From Acidimicrobiia bacterium (GTDB lineage Bacteria; Actinomycetota; Acidimicrobiia; IMCC26256; JAGPDB01), in NCBI GenBank assembly GCA_018057765.1, contig JAGPDB010000002.1, positions 32,138 to 96,137 on the forward strand: a DNA stretch of 64,000 nucleotides, given 5' to 3'. Both the position numbers and the translations under genes were made by a program. The notes below the pieces were generated by a model, which was not told the origin of the DNA, did not search any database, and saw only the letters and a program-made list of their open reading frames with translations. This document shows positions 48,340 through 59,323 of the stretch, one piece after another. How positions within the stretch are numbered: position 1 is the stretch's first letter; every line of letters begins with the position of its first letter.

Positions 48340-49865
48340 TTTGACTCTCCAGAATGTATAGATTTAGAAATTTGTGTAGTTGTTTTATGAACTGAAGGGT
48401 TTATGCGATCTAACATATATTGAGGCACTAGTCCTAAAAATAAACTCATCAATAAAAGTGGTACTACGACAACTATTTCTCTAAAAGAAAGATCTTTCAT
48501 CTTTTTTGCTAGAGCATTTGGTTCACCAGTGAATATTCTCTGGTATGCCCATAATAGATATAGTGCTGCGAATATAACGCCAGTTACAGCAATGACTGTA
48601 TAGAAACGTGCGGAATTAAATGCACCTAACATGCTCAGGAATTCTCCAACAAAACCAGAAAAACCAGGTAAACCAATTGAAGCAAATGTAGCAATCAAAA
48701 ACGCTCCGCTCAACACTGGCACAGTTTTCATCAGTCCAGAATAATCAGCGATTTTCCTTGTATGGGTTCTGTCATACATCATACCCACTATTGCAAATAA
48801 GGCACTAGTAGTCAAACCGTGACTGACCATTGTAAATGTTGCTCCCGAGATACCAAGTTCGGTAAATGAGAAAATACCTAAAACTACAAAACCCAAATGA
48901 GCAATAGATGAATACGCAATAAGCCTTTTGAGATCAGGCTGCATTGTTGCAACGATTGCACCATATATAATTCCAATAACAGCAACAGTTAAGAATATCC
49001 ATCTGAGTTGATGAGCGGCTGACGGGAAAAACGATACTGCAATTCTCAAGAATCCATAGGTTCCAAGTTTAAGTAAAAGACCTGCCAATATTATTGAACC
49101 AGCTGTAGGTGCCTCTGTGTGGGCATCTGGCAGCCAGGTATGTAATGGGAATAAAGGAACTTTTACTGCGAAAGCAATGGCGAATCCAGCAAATAGCCAG
49201 AGTCCAACAGATCCAGAAACATTATTTACGCTATACACACGCAGTTGTTCGATATCAAAACACCATGTACCAGTACTACCATGTCGCATTGCTGCAATGG
49301 TCAACATCGATGCCAAGAAAAATACTGATCCACCCATGGTGAATAAGAAAAACTTCATTGAAGCTTTCTTTGCGTTTTCATGCCCAAAACCAAGAATGAG
49401 AAAATACATTGGGATAAGAACTAATTCAAATCCAATAAAGAAAACGAAAATATCTCTTGCTACAAAAACAGTAATAATTGCTGCTTCTAAGAATAATAGC
49501 CATGCAATAAATGAACGCTCATTATTTTTGATACTTTTAGAAGCCAATATCGCTAAAGGAAAAAGGAAAACACTTAAAGCAACTAGAAAAACACTTAAAC
49601 CATCAACGCCTAACGAAAAATTGATTCCTAAATCTTTGATCCATGTGTAAGATTCTTTCGCTTGTATATTTGAAACTGATTTAAATGCATATACAAGATA
49701 TATACCTAAACCTAACGCAGCACTAGTAAATACTAAACCAAGCATACGAGCAAGACCAGCTTGCGCTTTACTCAAAAGTGCAACAACTATTGCGCCAATT
49801 AAACAAATGCCAATCATTGAACTTAATATAGGAAAATTCATACTATTAATTTGTGCAAAAATCAT
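48336..49865 (-). CDS. nuoM: NADH-quinone oxidoreductase subunit M (cluster 2)
   Basis: 509 aa. Overlaps its neighbours by 4 bp. Confidence 0.85.
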   Translation of the reverse strand: MIFAQINSMNFPILSSMIGICLIGAIVVALLSKAQAGLARMLGLVFTSAALGLGIYLVYAFKSVSNIQAKESYTWIKDLGINFSLGVDGLSVFLVALSVFLFPLAILASKSIKNNERSFIAWLLFLEAAIITVFVARDIFVFFIGFELVLIPMYFLILGFGHENAKKASMKFFLFTMGGSVFFLASMLTIAAMRHGSTGTWCFDIEQLRVYSVNNVSGSVGLWLFAGFAIAFAVKVPLFPLHTWLPDAHTEAPTAGSIILAGLLLKLGTYGFLRIAVSFFPSAAHQLRWIFLTVAVIGIIYGAIVATMQPDLKRLIAYSSIAHLGFVVLGIFSFTELGISGATFTMVSHGLTTSALFAIVGMMYDRTHTRKIADYSGLMKTVPVLSGAFLIATFASIGLPGFSGFVGEFLSMLGAFNSARFYTVIAVTGVIFAALYLLWAYQRIFTGEPNALAKKMKDLSFREIVVVVPLLLMSLFLGLVPQYMLDRINPSVHKTTTQISKSIHSGESK

Positions 49866-51823
49866 CTAGAAACACCTACAGACACTATTAAGACCATTAC
49901 AAATGTTGCACAAGATATCAATAATACATACCGTCGTAAATACCCACTTTGTATTTTACGAAATGACTCACCAGCTCTATTGGTAACAGTAGCCAAAGAC
50001 ATAACACTTCGATCAACAATATTGGTATCAAACGAACATAATAAATTAGAGAATCTAACTCCGATTGTTGAAACTAATTTTGCAATAGATATATTTACGT
50101 ACCAAGCATTTTGTGTCACAGACAAGAAGCCACCAAGTGATTCCAATGGTTCATCATCAACATTTATTGGTCTGGTTCTATATTTGTATATGCCAAAAAT
50201 GATTCCACATATTGCTAGTACAAGTGAGATACCTGCCAATATCAACCCTTTGCTTTCATCAAAACTTGCTGCTATTTGAGAAGGCGCACCTTCTATTGCT
50301 GGTTCTAAAAATTTCGTGAAATCCTCACGTGCATGTGTAGGAAAATTGAGGAAACCGATAACTGCAGCAAAGAAACTCAAAACAATTAGTGGGATTGTCA
50401 TAGTTTTTGGAGATTCATGAGGCTTATGTTCGACTTCACCATATCTTGCTTTACCAAAAAATACCATCCGAACTTGTCTTGTCATATAAAAAGCAGTCAA
50501 CAGTGCAGTAATTAAACCAACAAACCATAAAGAGTAACCAAGCACACCACCACTAGCGAAAGCAGCACCTAGAATTTCGTCTTTCGAAAAGAAACCTGCA
50601 AAAGGGAATACACCCGCAATTGCTAACCAACCAATTATAAAAGTAATAGAGGTAATAGGTAATAGCTTCTTTAAACCACCCATAAATCTCATATCTTGTG
50701 CATCAAAATTTTTCTCATGCCCTGGTCCGTGCATTGCATGAATTACAGATCCTGAACCTAAGAATAAAAGAGCCTTAAAAAATGCGTGCGTTACTACATG
50801 AAATATCGCACCTGAATAAGATCCAACTCCAATAGCTAGAAAGGTATAGCCCAATTGCGAAACTGTTGAATAAGCAAGAACACGTTTAATATCGTTTTGT
50901 GCCAATGCACATGTTGCAGCATATAGAGCAGTTAAAACACCTACAATTGCAATTACATGACTAACCCATGGTGATGAACTCCCGATCAAGGGTGAAACTC
51001 GCACCATCAAATAGACACCTGCAGTAACCATGGTTGCAGCATGAATCAATGCTGAAACTGGTGTTGGCCCTTCCATTGCATCAGGTAACCAAATATGTAA
51101 TGGAAATTGTGCACTCTTACCCATTGCGCCAATAAATAATAATAAAATTATCCATGTTGCGCTTGTAGAGTTTACATTTGAACTCTTTTCTAAAATATCG
51201 CTATATGTAAGTGAACCCAAACTAGGTGTTGCAACAATAAGAAACATAGCAAGCATAAAGCCCACATCACCAACTCGGTTTGTCACAAATGCTTTTTTAC
51301 CCGCTACTGCGGCGCTGTTTTTTTCAAACCAGAACGAGACAAGAAGATAAGAACAAAGACCTACACCTTCCCATCCTAAAAATGTTACTAATAAATTATT
51401 CCCCAATACCAAGGTGAGCATTGAAGCAGCAAAAAGATTTAGATAACCAAAGAATCTAGAAAACCTAACATCGCCTTTCATATAACCAATTGAATATAAG
51501 TGAATCAATGACGCTACAAAGGTAATGAAACCAACCATTATAATCGATAGAGGGTCAACCATAAACCTTAAATCTATTTGAAAATTACCAACGTGCATCC
51601 AAATGTATCCATCGCTAGAAAATCTTCTAACTCCATCGCCAGATACATTATGAATAGCTAAGAATGCAATAACCCAAAATATGAAGGTCGAACTCATAGC
51701 TAAGGTTGCCAGAACACCAGAAAATAATGGTTTAAATCTTTTTCCAAAAAGTAAAATAAAAATTGAACTAAGTAGTGGAACTACAGGTATAAGCCACGAA
51801 TATTTCAACACTTCTACATTCAT
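49862..51823 (-). CDS. nuoL: NADH-quinone oxidoreductase subunit L (cluster 2)
   Basis: 653 aa with a long C-terminal helix. Confidence 0.85.
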   Translation of the reverse strand: MNVEVLKYSWLIPVVPLLSSIFILLFGKRFKPLFSGVLATLAMSSTFIFWVIAFLAIHNVSGDGVRRFSSDGYIWMHVGNFQIDLRFMVDPLSIIMVGFITFVASLIHLYSIGYMKGDVRFSRFFGYLNLFAASMLTLVLGNNLLVTFLGWEGVGLCSYLLVSFWFEKNSAAVAGKKAFVTNRVGDVGFMLAMFLIVATPSLGSLTYSDILEKSSNVNSTSATWIILLLFIGAMGKSAQFPLHIWLPDAMEGPTPVSALIHAATMVTAGVYLMVRVSPLIGSSSPWVSHVIAIVGVLTALYAATCALAQNDIKRVLAYSTVSQLGYTFLAIGVGSYSGAIFHVVTHAFFKALLFLGSGSVIHAMHGPGHEKNFDAQDMRFMGGLKKLLPITSITFIIGWLAIAGVFPFAGFFSKDEILGAAFASGGVLGYSLWFVGLITALLTAFYMTRQVRMVFFGKARYGEVEHKPHESPKTMTIPLIVLSFFAAVIGFLNFPTHAREDFTKFLEPAIEGAPSQIAASFDESKGLILAGISLVLAICGIIFGIYKYRTRPINVDDEPLESLGGFLSVTQNAWYVNISIAKLVSTIGVRFSNLLCSFDTNIVDRSVMSLATVTNRAGESFRKIQSGYLRRYVLLISCATFVMVLIVSVGVSR

Positions 51824-52152
51824 TATTCACCTACCTTTACAGAAGACTCGCGCATTAAAGAAATTTCGTCTGGACTCGTACCAGATTTAGTTCGTTTAAA
51901 AATTGCTACTAATAATGCCAAGCCAACTGCTACTTCACCAGCAGCAACTACCAAGGTAAAGAATGTTGCAACTTGGCCAGCAACATCATCTAGCATCTTT
52001 GAGTATGCAACAAAAGTTAGATTTGCAGCATTAAGCATTAGTTCAATACTCATAAACATTACAATTGCATTTTTGCGAATTGAAACACCTGCTAAACCAA
52101 CACAAAAAATAATTGCAGCTAAAAATAAAAAATGAGATTCTGTTATGTTCAT
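51823..52152 (-). CDS. nuoK: NADH-quinone oxidoreductase subunit K (cluster 2)
   Basis: 109 aa. ELMLNAANL. Confidence 0.85.
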   Translation of the reverse strand: MNITESHFLFLAAIIFCVGLAGVSIRKNAIVMFMSIELMLNAANLTFVAYSKMLDDVAGQVATFFTLVVAAGEVAVGLALLVAIFKRTKSGTSPDEISLMRESSVKVGE

Positions 52153-52790
52153 TTTACTTCTTCCACATCTTTAGGGCCTGTACCTCGGCGAGCTTCGCTC
52201 GCAAGGTCGGACCCTCCTACGACAAAACTAGTATTGTCTGCGCTAGCAAGATCCAGTAGATCATCATCACTACTTGTAGAACGCCTAGCTAAAACAACAG
52301 CTCCAATTACAGCCCCAACTAGCAGGATGCTTGTCAGTTCAAATATAAATACATATTTTGTAAAAAGTTTCTCAGCAACTATTTCTATATTACTCAAACC
52401 ATTATTTTTACTAGATTTTAATGATCCAGTTAAACTCTTATTTCCACTTGCCCATTTAATACCGCCAACGAACAAAAGTGTTAAAGCGAAAAGTATAGAT
52501 ACAAAAGATGCAATTACGCGTTGACCAATTAATGGTTCATCTAATGTTTCATGATCATCAACACCCAAAAGCATGATAACGAATAAAAACAAAATTACAA
52601 TTGCGCTTGCATAAACAATAACTTGCACAGCAGCAGCCAAATCTGCCCCAAGCAAAACATAATGCACAGCAAAACTCATTAAAGTCATAACTAAGAACAT
52701 TGCGCTATGTATAGGATTTGGTGAAACAACAACACCAATTGCACCCGCTATTGAACAAAGAGCAGCTATATAAAAAACTACAGAAACCAT
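52149..52790 (-). CDS. nuoJ: NADH-quinone oxidoreductase subunit J (cluster 2), with a C-terminal extension
   Basis: 213 aa, hydrophobic, between nuoI and nuoK. Confidence 0.8.
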   Translation of the reverse strand: MVSVVFYIAALCSIAGAIGVVVSPNPIHSAMFLVMTLMSFAVHYVLLGADLAAAVQVIVYASAIVILFLFVIMLLGVDDHETLDEPLIGQRVIASFVSILFALTLLFVGGIKWASGNKSLTGSLKSSKNNGLSNIEIVAEKLFTKYVFIFELTSILLVGAVIGAVVLARRSTSSDDDLLDLASADNTSFVVGGSDLASEARRGTGPKDVEEVK

Positions 52791-53392
52791 CAGCTAAAAT
52801 CCCTTTCATCGGATTGGCCTATTTCTGGCTTAACAATTCCTTTTCCTAATTCATTACTCCATAACACCTTGCCAACGAAATCCGAATTTCCACTTGGTGA
52901 GGTTGCACGCATCCATGCAGATGAATCATTGTCTTCATATCCGTGCCATAATTCCCATGGCATTCTTTGTGCTCGACCTTCGTCATCTACTAATAGCTCA
53001 TCCTTTGTATAGATTGCATCACTTCTGTTATTAAATGAAAATTCAAATAATTTAGATTCAGTTATTGCTCCTGTTGGACATGCTTCTACGCAAAGATCAC
53101 AATGAATACACCTTAAATAATTAATTTCATATGTATAACCATATCGCTCACCTGGAGAAGTTGGATTATCAATATCATTATCTTTTCCACGAACATATAT
53201 ACATTTTGCTGGGCATACACCTGCACATAATTCACAACCGATACATTTTTCCATGCCATCTTCATAACGATTTAATTGATGACGTCCATGAAAACGCAAA
53301 GGTTTTGGCCTTTTAACTTTTGGATATTTTCCAGTTATCTTCTTTTTAAATACCTGAGCAAGTGTAATTCTGAAACCGCTATAACGACCCAA
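52790..53392 (-). CDS. nuoI: NADH-quinone oxidoreductase subunit I (cluster 2)
   Basis: CIGCELCAGVCP and CIHCDLCVEACP (2x[4Fe-4S]). Confidence 0.9.
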   Translation of the reverse strand: MGRYSGFRITLAQVFKKKITGKYPKVKRPKPLRFHGRHQLNRYEDGMEKCIGCELCAGVCPAKCIYVRGKDNDIDNPTSPGERYGYTYEINYLRCIHCDLCVEACPTGAITESKLFEFSFNNRSDAIYTKDELLVDDEGRAQRMPWELWHGYEDNDSSAWMRATSPSGNSDFVGKVLWSNELGKGIVKPEIGQSDERDFS

Positions 53393-54685
53393 TCAACTCA
53401 CCTCTTTTACATTATCGTTATCTACAATCGACATTGTAGATGTATTCTCATTTTCACTTGGAATACATTTACTTAATACAACAAATATTAGAAATCCTGT
53501 TACCACTGTAATTAACGATACAACAACACCAGTAATTTGTTCAGAACCACTAACAAATGACCATGCTTGGCTTTTTGAAACTCGCAAAACTAATAATGCT
53601 GCCACCCACAAAAAAGAAAGCTCTATCAAATATTTCCATGCAAGACCCATAAGTTGGTCATATCTTAATCTTGGCAAAGTTGCACGTAACCATACTGTTC
53701 CATATAGTAAAAGTAAAAGTTTTGCCATGAAATAAGCCGACGGTAAAATCCAAGTATCTATCCAGTTTCCAGAACCAATCAAAGGTCCAGAGGTTCCACC
53801 TAAAAATAAAGTTACGCCTACAGCACTCATAGTTATCAGATTCATAAATTCAGCCAAGAAAAATATTGCAAAACGAATACCTGTATATTCAGTATGAAAT
53901 CCTCCAACAAGTTCTTGCTCAGCTTCAACTAAGTCAAAAGGTGGATGATTCGTCTCAGCAACAGCACTTAACAAAAATAACAGAAAACTAATAAATGCTG
54001 GAATCAAAAACCATTTAAAAAGTGGCCAGTCACCAATATGAGCAAAACTCCAAATACCTTCACCATTTTGAGTATCTACAATAGTTCGAGTTGAGAGTGA
54101 TCCAGATTGAATTACAGCGCCAGCAATTGCTAAACCTATTGTTGCCTCATAGCTTAAAAGCTGTGCACTTGCACGAATAGATCCCAATAGAGGATATTTT
54201 GAACCAGAAGACCAGCCTGCTAAAAGTACTCCGTAAAGTCCTAATCCAGACATCATTAGTAACCATAAAATACCCATAGGTAATTCAACAAGCTGTAAAT
54301 TAGTTTTATGACCTGCAATAGTTACTGTACCGCCGATAGGGATAATTGCGAAAGCAAGGAATGCGGGTACGATGGCAAAATATGGCGCTAAACGGAACAT
54401 CGATCTATCCGCATTATCTGGTATTGATTGCTCTTTAAAAAATAGTTTTGTACCGTCAGCCAAACTTTGCAATACGCCAAATGGGCCTGCCTTCGATGGC
54501 CCTATACGGTTTTGCATATCTGCTATTACTTTTCTCATTGACCATATGTATAACATTACGCCAACTAGCAGAATGACAAATATTGCAACTGCTTTTCCGA
54601 GAATAATTAGTAAAGTTGTTAAATCAAATTTACTATTATCGATCGGATCTACAATAGATAATATAAAAGTCGAAGAATGGTACAT
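53393..54685 (-). CDS. nuoH: NADH-quinone oxidoreductase subunit H (cluster 2)
   Basis: 430 aa. MQNRIGP motif. Confidence 0.85.
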   Translation of the reverse strand: MYHSSTFILSIVDPIDNSKFDLTTLLIILGKAVAIFVILLVGVMLYIWSMRKVIADMQNRIGPSKAGPFGVLQSLADGTKLFFKEQSIPDNADRSMFRLAPYFAIVPAFLAFAIIPIGGTVTIAGHKTNLQLVELPMGILWLLMMSGLGLYGVLLAGWSSGSKYPLLGSIRASAQLLSYEATIGLAIAGAVIQSGSLSTRTIVDTQNGEGIWSFAHIGDWPLFKWFLIPAFISFLLFLLSAVAETNHPPFDLVEAEQELVGGFHTEYTGIRFAIFFLAEFMNLITMSAVGVTLFLGGTSGPLIGSGNWIDTWILPSAYFMAKLLLLLYGTVWLRATLPRLRYDQLMGLAWKYLIELSFLWVAALLVLRVSKSQAWSFVSGSEQITGVVVSLITVVTGFLIFVVLSKCIPSENENTSTMSIVDNDNVKEVS

Positions 54686-54687
54686 GA

Positions 54688-57327
54688 TTATGCACCTTCC
54701 TTACTTGGATTTTCAAATCGCAAATCAGTAACTTCAAAATTATGATCTACAAGAATATTTAGTGGATGATCATTTGACAAGTTAGCAACTACAACTCCGC
54801 GCATAACAGAGTTATCTATTTTGAAGTTTACTTCAACGCTACCTTTATCATTTTTGAATTTAATCGATTTTGCGTCTTTATCAATGAAACCATCGATACT
54901 TCTTGAATTTACTCTTACGCTATATGTTTCATGTGTAGTTGAGACAAAATTTAACGAATCCGAATTATTAGATAAAGTTGATTTTTTGTAAAACTGTTTC
55001 TTGAATACTAGACGCAATGAATATTGATCCAAATGACGCGTATGGGATTTCTCTCGACTAAAAGGCTTAGTAATCATTTGTGCAAAATCTATATTTGCAC
55101 TTGGATGATGTTCCTCTTTATTTAATTCTTCTAATGGATTTTCGTGAACTACAGCGACAGACACAATCGGTTCCCATGACGGAGTATCAACAGAAATTGA
55201 ATCATTACCAACAAGTGAATCTTTATTTTCAATTACAGGTAAAATCGCTCCATCTCTAGCACGATCCAAAACTGTTGTGGATAGATGCGCAAAACTAGTT
55301 GCTACTCTTGAAATTTCATTTGTAATATCATCCACTGTATTAATAAAATGTTCACAACCTAAGCGCTTAGAAAGCATGGCTGCTATTTGCCAATCATTTA
55401 ATATATTTCCTTGTGGAGCAACTACTTGTGAAACGCGCTGAACACGAGATTCAATATTTGTAACTGTTCCAGATTTCTCTGAAAAAGTTGTTGTAGGCAA
55501 GAAGATATTTGCAAACTTAGTAGATTCATTCTCAAATATATCTACAGCTATTATTGTTTCGATACATCTAAATGCATTTTCTACAAGATCTTTATCTCCT
55601 ACAGAAGCAAATGGATTAGCACCTATAAGAAAAAGAACTTTTATGTCTCCCCTCGATGCAGCTTTTAATATTTCAATAGTGTTTTCTCCACTATTTTGAG
55701 AATAATCACTTGCTGGCCAAGAAGGTACAATATTAGAATTCTGCTCAACACGGCCCGGAAGTAACGACGGAGCAAAACCCATTTCAAAGGCTCCAAGTAT
55801 ATTCGATGTCGAGTGTGAAGGTAAATAATATATATCCTGATTCTCTAATAAGTTTTGAACTAATTCAATAAATGAACTTGGATCTTGTGCTTGGTTTATA
55901 TCACCAGCAATAAGAATTATTTTCGAATTTGAATCACCATTGACTTCTTTAATACTTGAGACTGCATCTTCGATTTCTTTTAGTACTGAAATTTCATTAC
56001 CAGGAATCAATTCAATTTGTGTATTACTTAAACTGGACATCGAAGTAGCGAAGGAATTTACTTCAACCAACTTTGCTTTGCTCTCTTTAACTGCTTTTCT
56101 TAGACGTAAATAAAGAACAGGTAGAGTTTCTTTAATATCGCAACCCAATGTAATTATTGCGCTAGCTTTATCTAAGTCACTAATGCGTGCACGCTTTGAA
56201 GAAAAGATAATATCAGCAGGAACAACATTTTCACATACGTCTATCCGATTCGTTCCAACTACGGATTTAGCTAAACGGGTAAATTCGTATGCATCTTCAT
56301 TTGTACCACGTGATCCGCCTAAAAATGCAATCGATTTATCACCAAAAATATCTTTAGCATTTTTGGTAGCTTCAGCTGCAAGATCTAGAGCAGTATTATA
56401 ATTTACTTTTTCTTTTTCGCTATTTATATTTAAAATATAAGGAGAAAGTATTCGATTATCTGATTGCGTATAATCATAGCCGTATCTACCTTTATCGCAA
56501 AGCCAACCTTGATTCACTTGCTCTGAGTCAACACCCAAAAATCTTACCATTTCGTTTCGTGATGTTTGGGCAACACCGCGACATCCAACCGAACATCCAG
56601 AACATGTAGTTTCAATAGATGCTAGATCCCATGGTCGTGAACTAAAACGGTAGGGTTTTGCTGTAAGCGCGCCCACTGGACATATTTGAACTATGTTTCC
56701 AGAGAAGTATGATGCAAATTCGTCATCAGGAAAAGTATTTACTTCTGTATGCTGACCACGCTCAGCAAATGTTATCAATGGGTCACCAGCAACATCGTCG
56801 GCAAAACGTGTACATCGCGCACACTGTATACAGCGTTCGCGATCTAATAATACATGATCAGAAATTTCAATTGGTTTTTCCCAATGACGCTTTTCTTCTT
56901 CAAAACGTGACTCACCAGGACCAAATGCAAGAGTCTGATCTTGCAAAGGGCATTCTCCACCACGGTCACAAACAGGACAATCGAGTGGATGGTTGATCAA
57001 TAAAAACTCAAGTACACCCTCTTGTACTTTTTCAACATTATCTTTTTGAAAATGAATAACTTGGTCTTGCGAAACAGGAGTCGTACAAGAAGGTGGCATA
57101 CCGCGTACACCTTCAATTTCCACTAAACACATTCTGCACATACCAACTGGTTCTAGTCGATCATGGTAACAAAAACGTGGAATAAAAATACCAGCATTTT
57201 GGGCAGCTTTTATTATTAGCTCTCCCTTTTTTGCCACAACTAAATTTCCATCAATCATTAAAGATACTTCATCATCTTTTAAATTTGAAGTATCAAGTTG
57301 TGTTGGCACGGGTGGTGTAGTTGTCAT
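54688..57327 (-). CDS. nuoG: NADH-quinone oxidoreductase subunit G (cluster 2), 879 aa
   Basis: An N-terminal 2Fe-2S region (CYHDRLEPVGMCRMCLVEIEG), 4Fe-4S motifs (CIQCARCTRF and CPVGAL) and a molybdopterin-like domain. Confidence 0.9.
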   Translation of the reverse strand: MTTTPPVPTQLDTSNLKDDEVSLMIDGNLVVAKKGELIIKAAQNAGIFIPRFCYHDRLEPVGMCRMCLVEIEGVRGMPPSCTTPVSQDQVIHFQKDNVEKVQEGVLEFLLINHPLDCPVCDRGGECPLQDQTLAFGPGESRFEEEKRHWEKPIEISDHVLLDRERCIQCARCTRFADDVAGDPLITFAERGQHTEVNTFPDDEFASYFSGNIVQICPVGALTAKPYRFSSRPWDLASIETTCSGCSVGCRGVAQTSRNEMVRFLGVDSEQVNQGWLCDKGRYGYDYTQSDNRILSPYILNINSEKEKVNYNTALDLAAEATKNAKDIFGDKSIAFLGGSRGTNEDAYEFTRLAKSVVGTNRIDVCENVVPADIIFSSKRARISDLDKASAIITLGCDIKETLPVLYLRLRKAVKESKAKLVEVNSFATSMSSLSNTQIELIPGNEISVLKEIEDAVSSIKEVNGDSNSKIILIAGDINQAQDPSSFIELVQNLLENQDIYYLPSHSTSNILGAFEMGFAPSLLPGRVEQNSNIVPSWPASDYSQNSGENTIEILKAASRGDIKVLFLIGANPFASVGDKDLVENAFRCIETIIAVDIFENESTKFANIFLPTTTFSEKSGTVTNIESRVQRVSQVVAPQGNILNDWQIAAMLSKRLGCEHFINTVDDITNEISRVATSFAHLSTTVLDRARDGAILPVIENKDSLVGNDSISVDTPSWEPIVSVAVVHENPLEELNKEEHHPSANIDFAQMITKPFSREKSHTRHLDQYSLRLVFKKQFYKKSTLSNNSDSLNFVSTTHETYSVRVNSRSIDGFIDKDAKSIKFKNDKGSVEVNFKIDNSVMRGVVVANLSNDHPLNILVDHNFEVTDLRFENPSKEGA

Positions 57328-57329
57328 TT

Positions 57330-58703
57330 TTATATTTCTACCTTTTTATTAGAGCCTGTACCTCTTTGAGCTTGACTCGCAAGGTCAGATCCTATCTCAT
57401 TATCAACTGTTTGGTTTACAGGTGATATGCGCTTAAGTACTTCATCTTTAAAAAATTTATTCAAACTGACAATACAAGAAACCGCACTTGGCCCAAGTGG
57501 ACAAATTGTTGTTTGAGAGAATGGTGCATTTAATCCGGGAGAAATATTATCGCCAATATCTAAAAGCATATCTAAATCTGTTGGTCGTCCCTCATTATGC
57601 AATATCCTATATAAAACTTTCTCCAGCCAACCCGTTCCTTCGCGACACGGTGTACATTTACCACAACTTTCATGAGCGTAGAATTTAGCTAACCTCCAGG
57701 CAACTAATACTGGATCTGTGCTTTGGTCATATACCATTATTGCACCAGAACCAAGCATGACACCAAAACGTTGTCCAACTTCGTCCATATCAAGAGGACA
57801 GTCTAAGTGTTCATCTGATCCTATAAGCCATTGTGATGATCCTCCACCAGGAATAAAAAACTTTATTTTTCCATTATTTTTAATACCACCAGCAAGATCA
57901 TCAATTAGTTGTCGAAAGGTACAACCAAGTTCAACTTCATAATTACCCGGTTTATTAACATGTCCAGAAACAGAAAAGATTCTTGTACCCGTTGATTTAT
58001 TAACACCTAGTTCACCATATTTAGCTCCGCCCATTTCTAAGATATGAGGCACAGTTGATATTGTTTCAACATTATTTACAACAGTAGGTTTTGCATATAG
58101 GCCAGCAATAGCTGGAAATGGAGGTCGGATTCGAGGCATCCCTCGTTCGCCTTCAAGCGATTCTATTAATGCTGTTTCTTCCCCACAAATATATGCTCCT
58201 GCACCACGATGAACAACTATCTCAAGATCATAATCAGAACCAAAAATATTTTTACCAACAAAACCTTTTGATCGTGCATCTGATATTGCATTGACTACTC
58301 GATCATATGCAAGAGCTAACTCCCCACGCAAATATATGAAGGCAAGATTACTTTGAATTGCAAACGCAGAACATATAATTCCCTCTACGAGTTGATGCGG
58401 ATCATTTGTTAATAACATATTGTCTTTAAAAGTAGATGGCTCACCCTCGTCTGCATTTATAACTAAATATCTTGGGAAAGAATCTGGTGCCAAAAATGAC
58501 CATTTTAATCCCGTAGGGAATCCTCCACCACCACGACCACGCAAACCTGATGCCTTTACTTCTTCAATAATAAAAGCAGGATCTAAAGTTAATGCCTTCT
58601 TAGCAATTTCGTACCCACCACTAGCAATATATTCATCTATCAGATGATTATTCTCATTTTCGCGAAGCCGCTTAGTAATAATTCGTGTTTCTTTCAGGGC
58701 CAT
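57330..58703 (-). CDS. nuoF: NADH-quinone oxidoreductase subunit F (cluster 2)
   Basis: An FMN/NADH site (RGRGGGGFPTGLKW) and the N3 cluster (ESCGKCTPCREG). Confidence 0.92.
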   Translation of the reverse strand: MALKETRIITKRLRENENNHLIDEYIASGGYEIAKKALTLDPAFIIEEVKASGLRGRGGGGFPTGLKWSFLAPDSFPRYLVINADEGEPSTFKDNMLLTNDPHQLVEGIICSAFAIQSNLAFIYLRGELALAYDRVVNAISDARSKGFVGKNIFGSDYDLEIVVHRGAGAYICGEETALIESLEGERGMPRIRPPFPAIAGLYAKPTVVNNVETISTVPHILEMGGAKYGELGVNKSTGTRIFSVSGHVNKPGNYEVELGCTFRQLIDDLAGGIKNNGKIKFFIPGGGSSQWLIGSDEHLDCPLDMDEVGQRFGVMLGSGAIMVYDQSTDPVLVAWRLAKFYAHESCGKCTPCREGTGWLEKVLYRILHNEGRPTDLDMLLDIGDNISPGLNAPFSQTTICPLGPSAVSCIVSLNKFFKDEVLKRISPVNQTVDNEIGSDLASQAQRGTGSNKKVEI

Positions 58704-59323
58704 CAGTTGTCACCCTCTGTACCATCATGTGAGCGAACATCTGGAGTGAGGTTCGAGACTACAGGCTCGACACGTCCCGAAGGGCTCGAAGCAGTGAGTG
58801 GTAATGAAGGAACAGAAGTACCAACCTCAAAAGTTCCTTGCAAACTCCCCGATATAGAACGAGCGACACGTGCCCCTGACTTATAATCCTCAACCACGTC
58901 AATTGCTTCTTGTGGGGTGACATTTTCCACGAATTCATAATTGACTTGAAAACAAGGAGCTCCATCGCATTTAGCCAGACATTCAACTTCTTCTACAGTT
59001 ACATCATCATCTGTTAAATATTTTTTAGTTAAAGTTTCATGTATTTCTGGTCCGCCTAAAACAAGACAAGTTACATTTGTACAAACAGATACTAAATATT
59101 TACCAACAGGCTCACGTTTAAACATTGTGTAAAAACTACATGTACCTTGAACTTGTGCTGCTGTTACATCTACTAATTTTGCAATTTCGCGCATTGCTTC
59201 TGGGGAAAGCCAGCCGTCTTGATCTTGAGCTAGATGCGCTAAAGGTAAGATAGCGGATTTTTTATTTGGATATTGTGAAATTATTTGTTTAGATTGCTCG
59301 AGATTTTTTTCCGTAAACGCCAT
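58703..59323 (-). CDS. nuoE: NADH-quinone oxidoreductase subunit E (cluster 2)
   Basis: A thioredoxin-like [2Fe-2S] subunit with Cys in VSVCTNVTCLVLGG and CLAKCDGAPC. Confidence 0.88.
   Translation of the reverse strand: MAFTEKNLEQSKQIISQYPNKKSAILPLAHLAQDQDGWLSPEAMREIAKLVDVTAAQVQGTCSFYTMFKREPVGKYLVSVCTNVTCLVLGGPEIHETLTKKYLTDDDVTVEEVECLAKCDGAPCFQVNYEFVENVTPQEAIDVVEDYKSGARVARSISGSLQGTFEVGTSVPSLPLTASSPSGRVEPVVSNLTPDVRSHDGTEGDN

Noticed and set aside
49117-49650. 177-aa and 77-aa ORFs on the plus strand
   Set aside because: Lie inside nuoM of cluster 2 on the opposite strand. Shadow ORFs.
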